DNA of 64,000 nt from Nitrospirota bacterium. Its GTDB lineage: Bacteria > Nitrospirota > JACRHJ01. Made by a program: the position numbers and the translations under genes. Where the stretch lies: the NCBI GenBank assembly GCA_963845245.1, contig CAWJRJ010000016.1, positions 96,001-160,000 on the forward strand. The letters are read 5' to 3'. Below, piece after piece: positions 19,815 through 30,385 of this stretch (the first letter of the stretch is position 1; each line of letters starts with the position of its first letter). Below the pieces are notes generated by a model. The model did not search any database. It saw only the letters and a program-made list of their open reading frames with translations, and was not told where the DNA came from.

Positions 19815-20146
19815 CAGTATAATTAGGTACACATCCCATATTTAACTGGTGTATGCCTCACCCCTGATCTTCTGCCCCATCAGAAACACCACCGGCAGGA
19901 ATATAAACACCCCGACCACCCTATCTTCCTCTACCCCTCCGTGACACCTAACCCAAAAAAAGGTGCGCATTGCGCACCCTGCATTTCTACATTAGAACGC
20001 GGCGAAAAGATCTGTGCCCATAAGTTACATAAATCAGAAATTATCCCGGAATACAGCCGTTTGTAATCATTTGGGGTAATTGACATTGAGAATAAGAGGG
20101 CTATTATGATACTGCAGGTACGCTTTTACAGTAAAGGGGACAGCCA

Positions 20147-20374
20147 GTGCATAAATGCTTTAAAGATGAGATAAGTTATCAAATGAAAACTCACCTGAAC
20201 AGGTATACGAAGGTGAGTGTCGTTACGGAAGGGGATGACGCCCTACGTGTTAGTTACGAAGGGTCATGCTTTATCTGCGGGGCTCCCATAACTGTACACA
20301 AATTATGGCAATGTCATGCATCTAAAATCCCCTCCTCTATAAAGGGCCGGTTAGTTTGTGGCCAGCACGGTTGA
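20147..20374 (+). CDS. Hypothetical small Cys/His-containing protein
   Basis: AAGGGGA RBS, upstream TTGACA, CFIC motif; no family recognised. Confidence 0.4.
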   Translation: MHKCFKDEISYQMKTHLNRYTKVSVVTEGDDALRVSYEGSCFICGAPITVHKLWQCHASKIPSSIKGRLVCGQHG

Positions 20375-20525
20375 TTCATTTACTGTTGTTTGATTACATA
20401 CCCTTTTGTCACTCCCCCACCGTGGCACCTTCCCTATTCCCCTCGCCTCACGGGAGAGGGGACACAGGGGTGAGGGGTTACCACAATAACGCCTCACGAC
20501 TCACCATAAATTTGATGAATCACAT

Positions 20526-20569
20526 TTAACCGCGCATTAACCGTCCCTTAACAATGATTGTGATAAGCT
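20526..20569 (+). promoter_or_regulatory. Three TTAAC direct repeats (11-bp period) plus extended -10; OmpR/PhoB-type box
   Basis: TTAAC at 20526, 20537 and 20548, then TG-n-TAAGCT. Confidence 0.6.
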
Positions 20570-20575
20570 TCAGAA

Positions 20576-20757
20576 GATGGGGGCGGCGGTTGTTATCTGC
20601 CTTTTTTACTGCGTGGTTGTCTTCCTGTTGCGCGCAGTATTCAACGTACCGAATATGTTAATAGGTAACAACAGCCCCGCCCACCATTTTATCAGGAAAG
20701 GAGGGATGCCATGCACCCACCGAGTACCCCTTGCTAAGCCTCGGTACGGTATCGGTT
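20576..20757 (+). ncRNA. Candidate structured RNA
   Basis: Outer stem 20577-20599 pairs with ~20661-20687, inner stem TACTGCGTG/CGCGCAGTA, second hairpin ~20720-20755. Confidence 0.4.
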
Positions 20758-20770
20758 GAGGGGTTACCAC

Positions 20771-20803
20771 ATAAAAAAACGGGGACCTTTGCGGGTCCCC
20801 GTT
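20771..20803 (-). terminator. Intrinsic terminator
   Basis: AACGGGGACC-tttgcg-GGTCCCCGTT with an A-run on the left. Confidence 0.75.
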
Positions 20804-20826
20804 CCTGTTGATTCAAAACCTCTCCC

Positions 20827-21098
20827 TTACTTCTTCTCTTCCACCGCCGGAGCAGCGATCTCTGCCGCTTTGGCTTTTGTCTTCTTCGCTTTCTTCGCTT
20901 TGGCCTTCACTTCCACCGTGCTCTCATTGGCAGGTATGACGTGTCGCGGGGTAAAAGGTACATCTGGGCATACGAACGGCTTTGTGGTCACAGACGTGGT
21001 AGCTGTATACGCGCACGTATTGCCTGCCGCGAATGCCGCCGTCGAGGTAAATACCGCGAGAATAACCGCTGCGCTGCTGACAACTTCCTTAATACCAT
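20827..21098 (-). CDS. Small exported protein with Lys/Ala-rich tail (frameshift near start)
   Basis: AAGGAGAG RBS; VVSSAAVILAVFTSTAAFAAGNTC...KAKAKKAKKTKAKAAEIAAPAVEEKK. Confidence 0.55.
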
Positions 21099-21338
21099 AA
21101 AACTCTCCTTCTGAAACGGTTTTGCCTGTTTGGAGCCATAGCTTCCACTCTACGTATCGGGCATGACTTTGTCAATGGTATTGTGTTTAATTCCCCTCTC
21201 CCTCTGTGGCACCATCATTTAACTTCCCCCTTAAGATAAGGGGGATAGAGGGGGTTATGAAAAACTTCCTCCCCACCTGCGGGGGAGGGCAGGGTGGGGG
21301 CTGGGAGAGGGGATACAGGGGTGAGGGGTTACCACTAG

Positions 21339-21833
21339 TTAAATCATGTCGCCTTCCCAACCTTTCTCAAGGTAGTAGCCGCTCCCGACAACCCAACCGA
21401 ACGGTTTAAACGGGAGCACAAACGACCTTTTGGGCTGGGGTGAGGTCGCCCCCATCTTCTCGAACCAGTAGTCGTAATACCCGCCGCCGTCTTTAGCTAT
21501 TGCCAGCGCTTCCTTAATGATGTACGCGCCCATAGCGTCTTTGGTTTCGAGACGGTTCTTGCCCTCCAGGTCTTTTCGTCCGTAGAGGACCACATTGACG
21601 CCTTCCTCCGTGTCGGCCCAGATGTATCCGTCGACCCCGTACCTGATTTCCCGAAGGAGGTCTGCCCCAAGCTTCTTTGCCTGCTCAAGGGTCAATTCCC
21701 CCTTCTTGTGCTTTGCATCGAGCGCATGAAGCATGCTGACCGCGGTCTCCACCTCACACTTTATCACCAGGTCGTCAGTCACAGAACATTTCGGCGTTTC
21801 AGCCTTTGCATTGGCGGATAAGCTCCTTTTCAT
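21339..21833 (-). CDS. Stand-alone Cache (sCache_2-like) domain protein
   Basis: LR.IRYG.DGYIW, GKN.....D..G, GGGY.DY.F.K, PK.SF...F.PFGW.VGSG.Y. Confidence 0.8.
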   Translation of the reverse strand: MKRSLSANAKAETPKCSVTDDLVIKCEVETAVSMLHALDAKHKKGELTLEQAKKLGADLLREIRYGVDGYIWADTEEGVNVVLYGRKDLEGKNRLETKDAMGAYIIKEALAIAKDGGGYYDYWFEKMGATSPQPKRSFVLPFKPFGWVVGSGYYLEKGWEGDMI

Positions 21834-21967
21834 GAGTTCGCCTCCTCTCGTTTCCATCCGTTATTCATTCATAACTTCCCCCCTCGCCCTCCGTGGTAAC
21901 TACCATTATCCCTCGCCCACTTGCGGGAGAGGGGCAGGGGGTGAGGGCTAGAGGGGGCGTTACTTAC

Positions 21968-22375
21968 TTACGGCAGCTCCGCAACCATCTTCATGAACTC
22001 GTCTTCCGTGAACAGCCGGTGCGTCTCGGATCGGGCGTTCCCGACAGAGGCGACGGTGAGGACTATCTTCGCGACAGATTCGTCGTCGGGGGCTTCCAGT
22101 AATACCATGGTGTCGAACTGGCTCCCGAGTATCCCATGGAAGGATTTGAACACCCCGCCGTTGGCTTTGATTGCTTTTTTCACCCCTTCCAGCCTGGCCG
22201 GGGAATTCTTTATGGTCTTGACTCCCTGTTCCGTGAAACCGAAGAAAACCACATAGGTATGCATCGCTGGACTCTCCTTTTTCGTTTCGTTATCGGTGGC
22301 CGCAAATCCGGGCATAGGGCTACATAACGCGAACAAAAAAACCAAGGCTAGCGCTCCCATCATGATCGTCTTCAT
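21968..22375 (-). CDS. GYD-domain protein with signal peptide
   Basis: FTEQG.K.IK.SP.R, G.FD.....EAPDD, GN.RSET.R.FTEDE. Confidence 0.82.
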   Translation of the reverse strand: MKTIMMGALALVFLFALCSPMPGFAATDNETKKESPAMHTYVVFFGFTEQGVKTIKNSPARLEGVKKAIKANGGVFKSFHGILGSQFDTMVLLEAPDDESVAKIVLTVASVGNARSETHRLFTEDEFMKMVAELP

Positions 22376-22577
22376 GTTCCCTCCTTGATACAGGTTTACC
22401 CACGTAATACCTTAAATCTATCTTTAAGCGCGGGAACTGTCAAACCGGTGTTTTTTGCCGGGGAGGGCAGGGTGAGGGGATGTACTCTCCCCCTCCCAAC
22501 CAGTCTTTTATATTTGTGATATATTTAACATTATTATCTGGTTAAAACATAACACATCCCACAAGTAAGGGTGCCGT

Positions 22578-25550
22578 ATGGACTCTGAACGAAAGATCAA
22601 AGTGGACGTTGAAGAGCCCGCTATCTATCGTTATGATGACATACTTCCCGCCGATTCCGCACTGTTGGCGGAACTGCTTTCGGCGACCGAGATACAGCAG
22701 TTGTTCGAGTCGTATTACAACCTCATCAAGATACCCGTCGCCATCATAGACCTCAATGCCAATGTCCTTCTCTCGTCCCGCTGGCAGCGCATCTGCACCC
22801 AGTTCCACCGGAAACACCCTGTGACGTGCGCCCGCTGTCTGGATAGCGACAAGCAGTTGGCGCTGCAACTGCAGGAAGGCAAGACCTACACGGTCTATTC
22901 CTGTAAGAATGGCCTGACCGACTGCGCCTCGCCGATCATCATCGAAGGAAAGCATGTTGCCAACGTCTTTATCGGCCAGTTCATGACCAAGGAGCCCGAT
23001 GAGGCCTGGTTCCGGCGGCAGGCCGATGAGTTCGGTTTTGATGTCCCCGATTATATCGCCGCCCTTCGCGAAGTCCCCGTTGTGGATACGCAGAAGGTCC
23101 CGGTTATTCAGGAGCTGCTGGTCCGCATGACCCGGTTGCTTACCAACCTCAGCATCGACCGCAAACGCGCTGTCGAAAACCAGGCCCGGCAGTCCATCAT
23201 TCTCGATACCATCCCCCAGTCCGTCTTCTGGAAGGACCTAAACGGCAGATACCTCGGCTGCAATGCGCCCTTTGCCAGGGCCGCCGGTCTTGCCACGCCG
23301 GATGATATAATCGGCAAGACCGATTTCGACCTGCCGTGGCCACGCAACGAGGCCGAATCCTACCGCGCCGCCGACCAGGCCGTCATCGCTTCCAACCAAA
23401 GCAAGCTTCACATTATCGAGCCACTTCAGCAGGCCGACGGCTCCCGCATCGTGATCGATACCTCCAAGATCCCGCTCGTCGATAGCGGCAACACCCCCTA
23501 CGGCATAGTCGGCATCTATGAAGACATCACCGAGCGCGAGCGGACGGAAGAGACCCTTCGTGAAAGCGAGGAGAAATTCAAGGCGTTGTTCGAAACGGCA
23601 AACGACTCCATATTCATAATGGACTCGAAAGTATTTGTGGACTGCAACCTAAGGACGGAGGCCATGTTCGGTTGCGCAAAGAATGATATCGTCGGCCACT
23701 CGCCGGCTGAATTCTCGCCGGAGCTGCAACCCGACGGCCGGTTGTCGTCCGAGAAGGCCGCAGAGAAGATACGCGAGGCCTTCGGCGGCGAACCGCAGTT
23801 CTTTGAATGGAAGCATACCCGCATTGATGGCACGCCATTCGATGCAGAGGTAAGCCTGAGCCTGGTAGAATCGGGCGGTTCCTCCTATCTGCAGTCTATC
23901 GTCCGCGACATCACTGAGCGCAAGAGGGCGGAGCAAGCGCTGATAAACGAGGTCGCGGTCACAGGCGCGCTTCTCGAAGCCGCCAACATCACAAGCAAGA
24001 ACCTCGTATGGGACGAAATAGTCGGTAATGTCGCGGCCTTGATACACGGCCTCACGGCCAGCAAAAGTGTTTTTGTAGTACAACTCGTCAGCGACGGGCT
24101 GCTGATGCCTCAATGCGCAGTCGGGCTTTCCGGTGATGCGATTACGCATTTCAACTCTTTTAGGGCCAGGATAAAGGATATAAGATGTTTCAACGACGTG
24201 TTTACCCATAAGATGACGCTCCTGGTGAAGAGAGACGAACTTCAGGGTTATGGGCTTGCTGATCATTCAGGCCCCCTTGGCCTTGAGGAACTGCTGGTCG
24301 TCCCGATACCCGCGAGGGAGGATACGGTAGGTTTTATATGCGTCAACTTCGAGGCCCTGCCGTCTGACTCCAGGGTCATGGCAATTATTGAAGGCATCGC
24401 AAAACAGCTGGGCGTCGCCCACGACAACAGCCGCCTCTATCTGGAAACGCAGAACAAGAGTATAGAACTGGTGAGGTCGCTTGAGACCATGAAGGTGCTG
24501 TCGGAAATCGACCGAAAGATACTCTCCACCCTGGACCGCGACCAGGTCATGTCCGGGTCCATCTCTCAAATACGCCGCATCGTGTCGGCAGACACAGCGG
24601 GTATACTGCTCATCGAAGACGATACCGAACGTCTCGTATTCAGATACGGCTGGAGCCAGAGTTTGAAAACAGGGGATACGATACCCTTCGACTGCTGCCC
24701 AGGCTATCCCTCCATCGGGTCGGGCAGGACACTGGTCCGCAAGAACATCGCCGAAGAGGCGACTCTGTCCGGTATGGACAGAGGCCTGCTCGATGGCGGG
24801 ATAAAGTCTGACATATTCGTGCCCATCATCTGCAAGGATAAGGGGATAGGGCTTCTCCACATCGGGAGCTATCGTGTCGCCGGCTTCTCGCTTGAAGACG
24901 TCAGGACCATTGAGAACCTGGCCGCACAGCTAGGTATCGCCCTCTCTAATGCAAGCCTCCTGTCCGACCTCGAAGACCTTATCATCAACATGGTAACCTC
25001 GTTCGCCTCCACAATAGACGCGAAGAGCCCATGGACAAGCGGCCACTCGGCACGTGTTACCATGTATGCTGTGGAGATCGCCCAGAAGATGGGATTGGGC
25101 ATTGCCGATATAGACAGGCTGAAGCTCAGCTGTCTGCTGCACGACATAGGCAAGATAGGGACCAGCGATACCGTACTGGACAAGCCGGAAAAGCTTACGG
25201 TTGACGAGTTCGCGCTCATCAAAAAACACCCGGAGGCGGGCGCAAACATCCTCAAACCGATACGACAGTTCAAGGATATAATACCGGTCATACTCCATCA
25301 CCACGAACGCTGGGACGGCAATGGCTACCCCGCCGGGCTTTCGGGTGAGGAGATACCGTTATTGGCGAGGATACTGTGTGTGGCGGACTCGTATGACGCG
25401 ATGATGGCGGACAGGCCTTACAGGCCATCGCCCGGAGTGGAGTTCACAATAGCAGAGTTCAGACGATGCTCAGGCACCCAGTTCGACCCCATGGTTGTGG
25501 ACGCATTCTTATGGGTTTTATTGATGGGGGATAAGCCGGAGGCCGCGTAG
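22578..25550 (+). CDS. PocR-PAS-PAS-GAF-GAF-HD-GYP c-di-GMP phosphodiesterase
   Basis: PocR Cys pattern (IC..FH...C..SD...Y.C.NGL), two PAS (DITER), GAFs, GHS.RV, LHDIGK, HHERWDG.GYP. Confidence 0.9.
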   Translation: MDSERKIKVDVEEPAIYRYDDILPADSALLAELLSATEIQQLFESYYNLIKIPVAIIDLNANVLLSSRWQRICTQFHRKHPVTCARCLDSDKQLALQLQEGKTYTVYSCKNGLTDCASPIIIEGKHVANVFIGQFMTKEPDEAWFRRQADEFGFDVPDYIAALREVPVVDTQKVPVIQELLVRMTRLLTNLSIDRKRAVENQARQSIILDTIPQSVFWKDLNGRYLGCNAPFARAAGLATPDDIIGKTDFDLPWPRNEAESYRAADQAVIASNQSKLHIIEPLQQADGSRIVIDTSKIPLVDSGNTPYGIVGIYEDITERERTEETLRESEEKFKALFETANDSIFIMDSKVFVDCNLRTEAMFGCAKNDIVGHSPAEFSPELQPDGRLSSEKAAEKIREAFGGEPQFFEWKHTRIDGTPFDAEVSLSLVESGGSSYLQSIVRDITERKRAEQALINEVAVTGALLEAANITSKNLVWDEIVGNVAALIHGLTASKSVFVVQLVSDGLLMPQCAVGLSGDAITHFNSFRARIKDIRCFNDVFTHKMTLLVKRDELQGYGLADHSGPLGLEELLVVPIPAREDTVGFICVNFEALPSDSRVMAIIEGIAKQLGVAHDNSRLYLETQNKSIELVRSLETMKVLSEIDRKILSTLDRDQVMSGSISQIRRIVSADTAGILLIEDDTERLVFRYGWSQSLKTGDTIPFDCCPGYPSIGSGRTLVRKNIAEEATLSGMDRGLLDGGIKSDIFVPIICKDKGIGLLHIGSYRVAGFSLEDVRTIENLAAQLGIALSNASLLSDLEDLIINMVTSFASTIDAKSPWTSGHSARVTMYAVEIAQKMGLGIADIDRLKLSCLLHDIGKIGTSDTVLDKPEKLTVDEFALIKKHPEAGANILKPIRQFKDIIPVILHHHERWDGNGYPAGLSGEEIPLLARILCVADSYDAMMADRPYRPSPGVEFTIAEFRRCSGTQFDPMVVDAFLWVLLMGDKPEAA

Positions 25551-25597
25551 CGCAATTCTAATAACGGCAGGTTATGACCTTGGAAAGGGGCTCTTTC

Positions 25598-26264
25598 ATG
25601 GATGTCATTGAAGCTCTAAACTCACGTTTTACCACACGCGCCTTTAAGCATGACCCAATCGACCGCAGCACGTTAGAGAAGGTCATGGCGGCGGCGCTCA
25701 AGGCGCCTTCCTGGGCAAATACCCAGCCGTGGGAAATATATGTAGCAGGCGGCGAGGTATTGAACAGGGTGCGCGAGGCCTATGTGAAAAACCTGAAAAA
25801 CTGCGTGGAGCGCAACCCAGACATCGCCATACCGAAAGAATGGCCGCCGGTGCTCCTGAAACGGATGCAGGACCTGAAGTCCGAACGCATGGAGGCCATA
25901 GAACGGGTCTGTCCGGTTAAGGCTGAAATCAAGGACCTGATGGAAGTGAACTATTATTTCTTCGATGCGCCAGTGGTCGCATACATCTGCATGGACCGTA
26001 CGCTTGGTCCCTGGTCGCTCTTTGACCTTGGACTTTTCTCCCAGAGCCTCATGCTTGCGGCGCGCCAGTTCGGCATCGACTCAGCCGCCGGCAGTAACCC
26101 TTGCGGCCCATCCGGACATTATCCGCAAGGAACTTGATATCCCGGACGACCTCTCCATTGTCATCGGGATAGCGCTCGGGTATGCGGATGCCGGACATCC
26201 TCAGAACAAGTTTCGAAGCACCAGAAGGTCCGTCCAGGAGGCCGTCACGTTCAAGGGGCTATAG
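25598..26264 (+). CDS. Nitroreductase family protein (frameshift near 26090)
   Basis: SR.T.RAF, APSWANTQPW, FF.AP, GIALGY.D. Confidence 0.88.
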
Positions 26265-26300
26265 CGCGTACTTACTCTTGCCCCATATTGTACCTGCAAT

Positions 26301-26334
26301 ATAAAAACGGGGACCCTTGCGGGTCCCCGTTTCT
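26301..26334. terminator. Intrinsic terminator between convergent genes
   Basis: AAACGGGGACCC-ttgc-GGGTCCCCGTTT. Confidence 0.75.
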
Positions 26335-26394
26335 CTGTGCATAACTCCCCCGGCTTCGCCTCCCCGCATGCGGGGGAGGGTAGGGTGTGGGGGA

Positions 26395-27609
26395 TTACTT
26401 CCCGTGTTCCTTCCTCAACGCGGCCGCCTCTTCCTTTATATCCGCGAGGTCGCGCTTCATCTCCGCCCAGCCGTACCAGTGCATGTAGTCCGGGTTCATG
26501 TGGAACGCGCCCTGGAACGTGCGCATCCTGTGCTCCAGGAGCATCACGTAGAGCTTCTGCTCTATCTCGGTCGGCGCATCGTAGAACGTAAGCAGGTCGA
26601 CGGTGAACGGGGCGTCCTTGGGCTTCTCCAGTATCCCGTCCTTATACAGGCCGTTTACGGTCGTTATGGCCTCCGCCATCAGCTTGTCGGACTCCTTTAT
26701 TATCTGGTCCGCCTTTGCCAGCTCGTTCTTCGCATAAACTTCGGCATGGCACCTGGAGCAGACCTTTATCATCTTGTCCCTCGGGACTTGCCATTCCTCC
26801 TTCGTGAGCCTTGCAACCTTCCCGGCCTTCACCACATCCAGTCTGGCGGTAGGCTTGCCTTCCGCGTCCAGGATGTCCAGCGCCTGGAGTATGATGACCC
26901 TGTTGGCCATCCATTCCGGGTCGTCCTCCGGGAGCCTGAGGGCAAGGAAGCCCCAGCTGGTTATGACGCCGTGGTCGCCTTCGTTCATGTGGCAGGTCTG
27001 GCAGGTAGGCGCGCGGCCTGTGTTATTGGCCCTCTCCATCGCGAATATCATGCCGTGCTTGGAGGTGCCCCACATCTCCCACTGCGGGTGGTCGAATCCC
27101 ATGTGGCAGGTGCCGCAGGCCTCGGGCTGCTTGGCCTCTTCCTTGGAGAACCTGTGTCTGGTGTGGCATGAGTCACACTTGCCGCCCTCATAACCCACTC
27201 TGTGGCAGCCGCCGCAACCTTTCATGCCTTCCATTATCTCATGTGGCTGCGAGCCCGTCTTCGGCATCGCCATCAGGGCCACCCATGCTGCGGAATGCTT
27301 GCCGTTATTGAACTGCTCCACCTGCTTGCCGTGGCACGGTTTGCATGTGGCAGCGGTCGGCATCGTCGCCTTGGCGAAGTCGGTAGCAGTCTTGTGCTCA
27401 TTGCCGTGGCATTTGTCGCAGGCGAAAAGCGGCGACATCTTGCACGACTTCCAGTCGGCGACTATCTGCGGCGTTACCTTCTCATGGCATGTCACGCACG
27501 CGTTTATCACCGGCTTCTTCGCAGCCGCATAAGCCTGGCTGCCGAGTGTGACGGCAAAGAGCGCCGCCATTAATACTATGACCGTCCCCGCTAATCCTTT
27601 AGACGTCAT
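26395..27609 (-). CDS. Exported octaheme cytochrome c, HAO family
   Basis: Start MTSKGL with GGAGG RBS; 8 CxxCH; CH.RH.FS, CHMG.DHPQ, HMNPDY..WYGW. Confidence 0.9.
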   Translation of the reverse strand: MTSKGLAGTVIVLMAALFAVTLGSQAYAAAKKPVINACVTCHEKVTPQIVADWKSCKMSPLFACDKCHGNEHKTATDFAKATMPTAATCKPCHGKQVEQFNNGKHSAAWVALMAMPKTGSQPHEIMEGMKGCGGCHRVGYEGGKCDSCHTRHRFSKEEAKQPEACGTCHMGFDHPQWEMWGTSKHGMIFAMERANNTGRAPTCQTCHMNEGDHGVITSWGFLALRLPEDDPEWMANRVIILQALDILDAEGKPTARLDVVKAGKVARLTKEEWQVPRDKMIKVCSRCHAEVYAKNELAKADQIIKESDKLMAEAITTVNGLYKDGILEKPKDAPFTVDLLTFYDAPTEIEQKLYVMLLEHRMRTFQGAFHMNPDYMHWYGWAEMKRDLADIKEEAAALRKEHGK

Positions 27610-27623
27610 CCTTGACCTCCTCT

Positions 27624-28361
27624 TCAATAACGGACCAATATGCGGGCGATATTCCCGCCTGCAATCCTGGAGACCTCCTCGTCCGTAATGCTGGGGATAT
27701 CCCTGATCTTTTCCACCTCCCTGTGCATCTTTATATATGGTGAGTCGCTGCCTGAAACAAACCTGTGCGCGCCGACCTCCTTTACCGCATGTGCCAGCCT
27801 CTTCAGGTTGAAGTATCCGGTAGTACCGAGGTATATGTTCGATGCGGCCTTTGCCGCCGCTACCGATTCGTCTATAAGGCTTATGTGCGCCATAATAATC
27901 TTCAGGTCCGTGAATTCCGTCGCAAGTTTTGCAAACCTTGACGGCGGCGACATCTTCTTGCAGCTGTCGAATATCACGGGCATGCCCATCTCGCTTGCAG
28001 CCGCAAGTATGTCGTACAGCCACTGGTTGTCTAAATAGAAGTTCTGGCTTGTCGGGTGCAGTTTTATGCCTCTCAGGCCAAGCTTCCTTGCCGAACGCTC
28101 AAGCTCCATCAACGCCCTTTCCCCGTAGTTCGGGTCGAGGCGGCAGAACCCTGTGAGCCTGTCCGGGTGCATTTTTACTGCAGACGCTATATAATCGTTG
28201 CAGCGTGAGAAAGAGATGCCAGGATTTTCCTCGTTGAACGGGAAGACTATCGCACGTTCAATGCCCGCGTTGTCCATGGCTGCGAGTATCTCATCAGGGC
28301 TCTGGCTCTTCCCGTCACCCTTGTCAGGGCCGCCCAGGTGGTTATGTGCATCTACCAGCAA
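27624..28361 (-). CDS. Amidohydrolase family protein
   Basis: VDAHNH, GIKLHP, IIMAH, GSDSPY; TTG start after GGAGG. Confidence 0.85.
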   Translation of the reverse strand: MLVDAHNHLGGPDKGDGKSQSPDEILAAMDNAGIERAIVFPFNEENPGISFSRCNDYIASAVKMHPDRLTGFCRLDPNYGERALMELERSARKLGLRGIKLHPTSQNFYLDNQWLYDILAAASEMGMPVIFDSCKKMSPPSRFAKLATEFTDLKIIMAHISLIDESVAAAKAASNIYLGTTGYFNLKRLAHAVKEVGAHRFVSGSDSPYIKMHREVEKIRDIPSITDEEVSRIAGGNIARILVRY

Positions 28362-28523
28362 TCGAAAAGCCTCCAAGAGTGTGATTATGAGATAAAATAT
28401 ACCAGATTTTTCATTTTTGGCTTTGGGCTGCATAAGGAAAATATATGATATTTGTCAGGTTTGGCTTTACCTCGGAACGCTTTTCTGGTAGATTGTCGGC
28501 ACAAGTAGTGGGAAACATTAATA

Positions 28524-29339
28524 ATGAAACACAAACTCTCTTTTATAGCGTCCGCCCTGTTATCCTTCTTGATTGGCGGGTGCATGGCGGGTTATAATGT
28601 TTCGGAGCCTTCCCTTGTCTCGGATGGGTTGAAGGTTAAAAACCTGCTGTACCAGCCATCGACTTTGGAGCCAGGCAGAAAATACCCCGGCGTCGTCATC
28701 AACCATGGGGGTATTGAAGGGGTGGAGTTCGAGACCCGCGGTCTGGCCAGGGAACTGGCCGTCAATGGTTTCGTGGCAGTACTTCCTCAGTTTCGCGGGG
28801 AGGTCGGATCCGAGGGCCATTTCGAGTTCTCTGGCGGCGAGGTGGATGACTCGCTTGCCGCACTGGGATATTTGAAAGGGCTCGATTATGTCGATGCGGG
28901 ACGCATAGGGATGGTAGGCTACAGCCTCGGCGGGCTTGTTACTCTAAACGCCCTTGAAAGAGACCCCGGGGTAAAGGCGGCCGTCCTTATGGGCGCAATC
29001 TCGAACCCGGCGGCATTCTATAAAGAAAAATTAAAAAAGAAGCTTCCGGAACCCAATGCCCGGTTTGAAAGGCACAAAAGGGAAATGCAGGAGCGGTCGC
29101 CGCTGGGCGGGCTTGAGAAGGTCAACGCATCCATACTCATCCTCCACGGCGCACGTGATACCCGCGTCAGTCCGGAACAGTCGAAAAAGCTCTACGAAAT
29201 GCTAAAGGCTTCGGGCAAGGACGTTGAAATTATAATTTATCCGTACATAGGCCACAGTATGCTCTGGTATGACCGGCCCGTGGTTGAAACCGTCGAGTTC
29301 CTCAAGGCGCATCTTAGCGTCATGGACAGGCCCCATTGA
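28524..29339 (+). CDS. Alpha/beta hydrolase (S9 peptidase-like) lipoprotein
   Basis: GYSLG nucleophile elbow, LHG..D.RV, GH. Confidence 0.85.
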   Translation: MKHKLSFIASALLSFLIGGCMAGYNVSEPSLVSDGLKVKNLLYQPSTLEPGRKYPGVVINHGGIEGVEFETRGLARELAVNGFVAVLPQFRGEVGSEGHFEFSGGEVDDSLAALGYLKGLDYVDAGRIGMVGYSLGGLVTLNALERDPGVKAAVLMGAISNPAAFYKEKLKKKLPEPNARFERHKREMQERSPLGGLEKVNASILILHGARDTRVSPEQSKKLYEMLKASGKDVEIIIYPYIGHSMLWYDRPVVETVEFLKAHLSVMDRPH

Positions 29340-30385
29340 CCCGTTACCTTCTGGCCATCGCGGCATTTATACTTCTACTCAGCGGCGCATCCGTATGCCT
29401 GCCCCAGGAAGAACCTCCCCTTGTCGAGGCCAGGTACCTGGGGTCGCACAGCTATGCCGGGTTCACCAGGCTTGTCTTCGATACGGGCGGTGTCGCCCCG
29501 GGCGAGTTCAAGGTCAACTTCGTCCCAGAGCGGCGGCAGGTGATCCTCTACCCGCAGAGCGGGCTTCTCTCCTACTCTTTTGCCCCTGTCAGTAGTGTAG
29601 ACGATTTGGTGACCGGCATAGATTTCGTCGAGGACGAAGCGGGGAAGCGGGGAATTGTGGCAAGCCTCGGTCCGGGGGCGGGCGAGGTCGTGCAGTCATA
29701 TCTCACCGAGCCGTACAGGCTGGTGCTCGATATCCGCAAGAAAACCAGGCCCGAAGGGTTCCTTCCCTATGGCCGCCCGATCAGGACGATCGCCATAGAC
29801 CCCGGCCACGGCGGTAGGAACGCCGGGAATGGCGCGCATGGCGGCAGGGCCGAGAAAGACATAGCCCTCGACACCGCCATCCGGCTGAAAAACGCCCTTA
29901 CAAAGATGGGGTACAAGACGGTACTCACGAGGTCCAACGATACCGATGTCAGCATGGACGCGCGAGTGGGCTTTGCGAATAACCAGAAGGCCGACCTGTT
30001 CATCTCGATCCACGCCTCCGGCGGTAATTTCGCTACTGGCGGTGGCCCGGCTATCTTCGTCCTTGACGCCGAGGACCTTGCTGGCGGCCCCAGGAAAGGC
30101 GCGCTTTCCTGGGGAGAGCAGAATGCGCCTTACCTGCCCGACAGCATGCGCCTCTCCCGCAAGCTGTGGGACGCTCTCAAAAAACTAGAAGCCGGGCAGC
30201 CCGTGGTGCACAACGTGCGCCTGGCGGGTTTTTCCGGCCTTGCCATGCCTGCCGTGATGGTTGAGCTTGGGAACCTTGACAACCAGGCAAGGGCGGGACT
30301 TTTGTCCGAGGACTCTTTCAGGGGCAAGGTGGCCGACAGCCTTGCCAGGGGTATAGCCGAATTCTCAAAAGGTGACCATGACTGA
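29336..30385 (+). CDS. N-acetylmuramoyl-L-alanine amidase (Amidase_3)
   Basis: IDPGHGG, EKD, LTR..D, ADLFISIH, MPAVMVELG. Confidence 0.9.
   Translation: MTRYLLAIAAFILLLSGASVCLPQEEPPLVEARYLGSHSYAGFTRLVFDTGGVAPGEFKVNFVPERRQVILYPQSGLLSYSFAPVSSVDDLVTGIDFVEDEAGKRGIVASLGPGAGEVVQSYLTEPYRLVLDIRKKTRPEGFLPYGRPIRTIAIDPGHGGRNAGNGAHGGRAEKDIALDTAIRLKNALTKMGYKTVLTRSNDTDVSMDARVGFANNQKADLFISIHASGGNFATGGGPAIFVLDAEDLAGGPRKGALSWGEQNAPYLPDSMRLSRKLWDALKKLEAGQPVVHNVRLAGFSGLAMPAVMVELGNLDNQARAGLLSEDSFRGKVADSLARGIAEFSKGDHD

Noticed and set aside
26395..28023. 542-aa version of the octaheme cytochrome
   Set aside because: The extension overlaps the amidohydrolase; RBS and signal peptide support a start at 27609.
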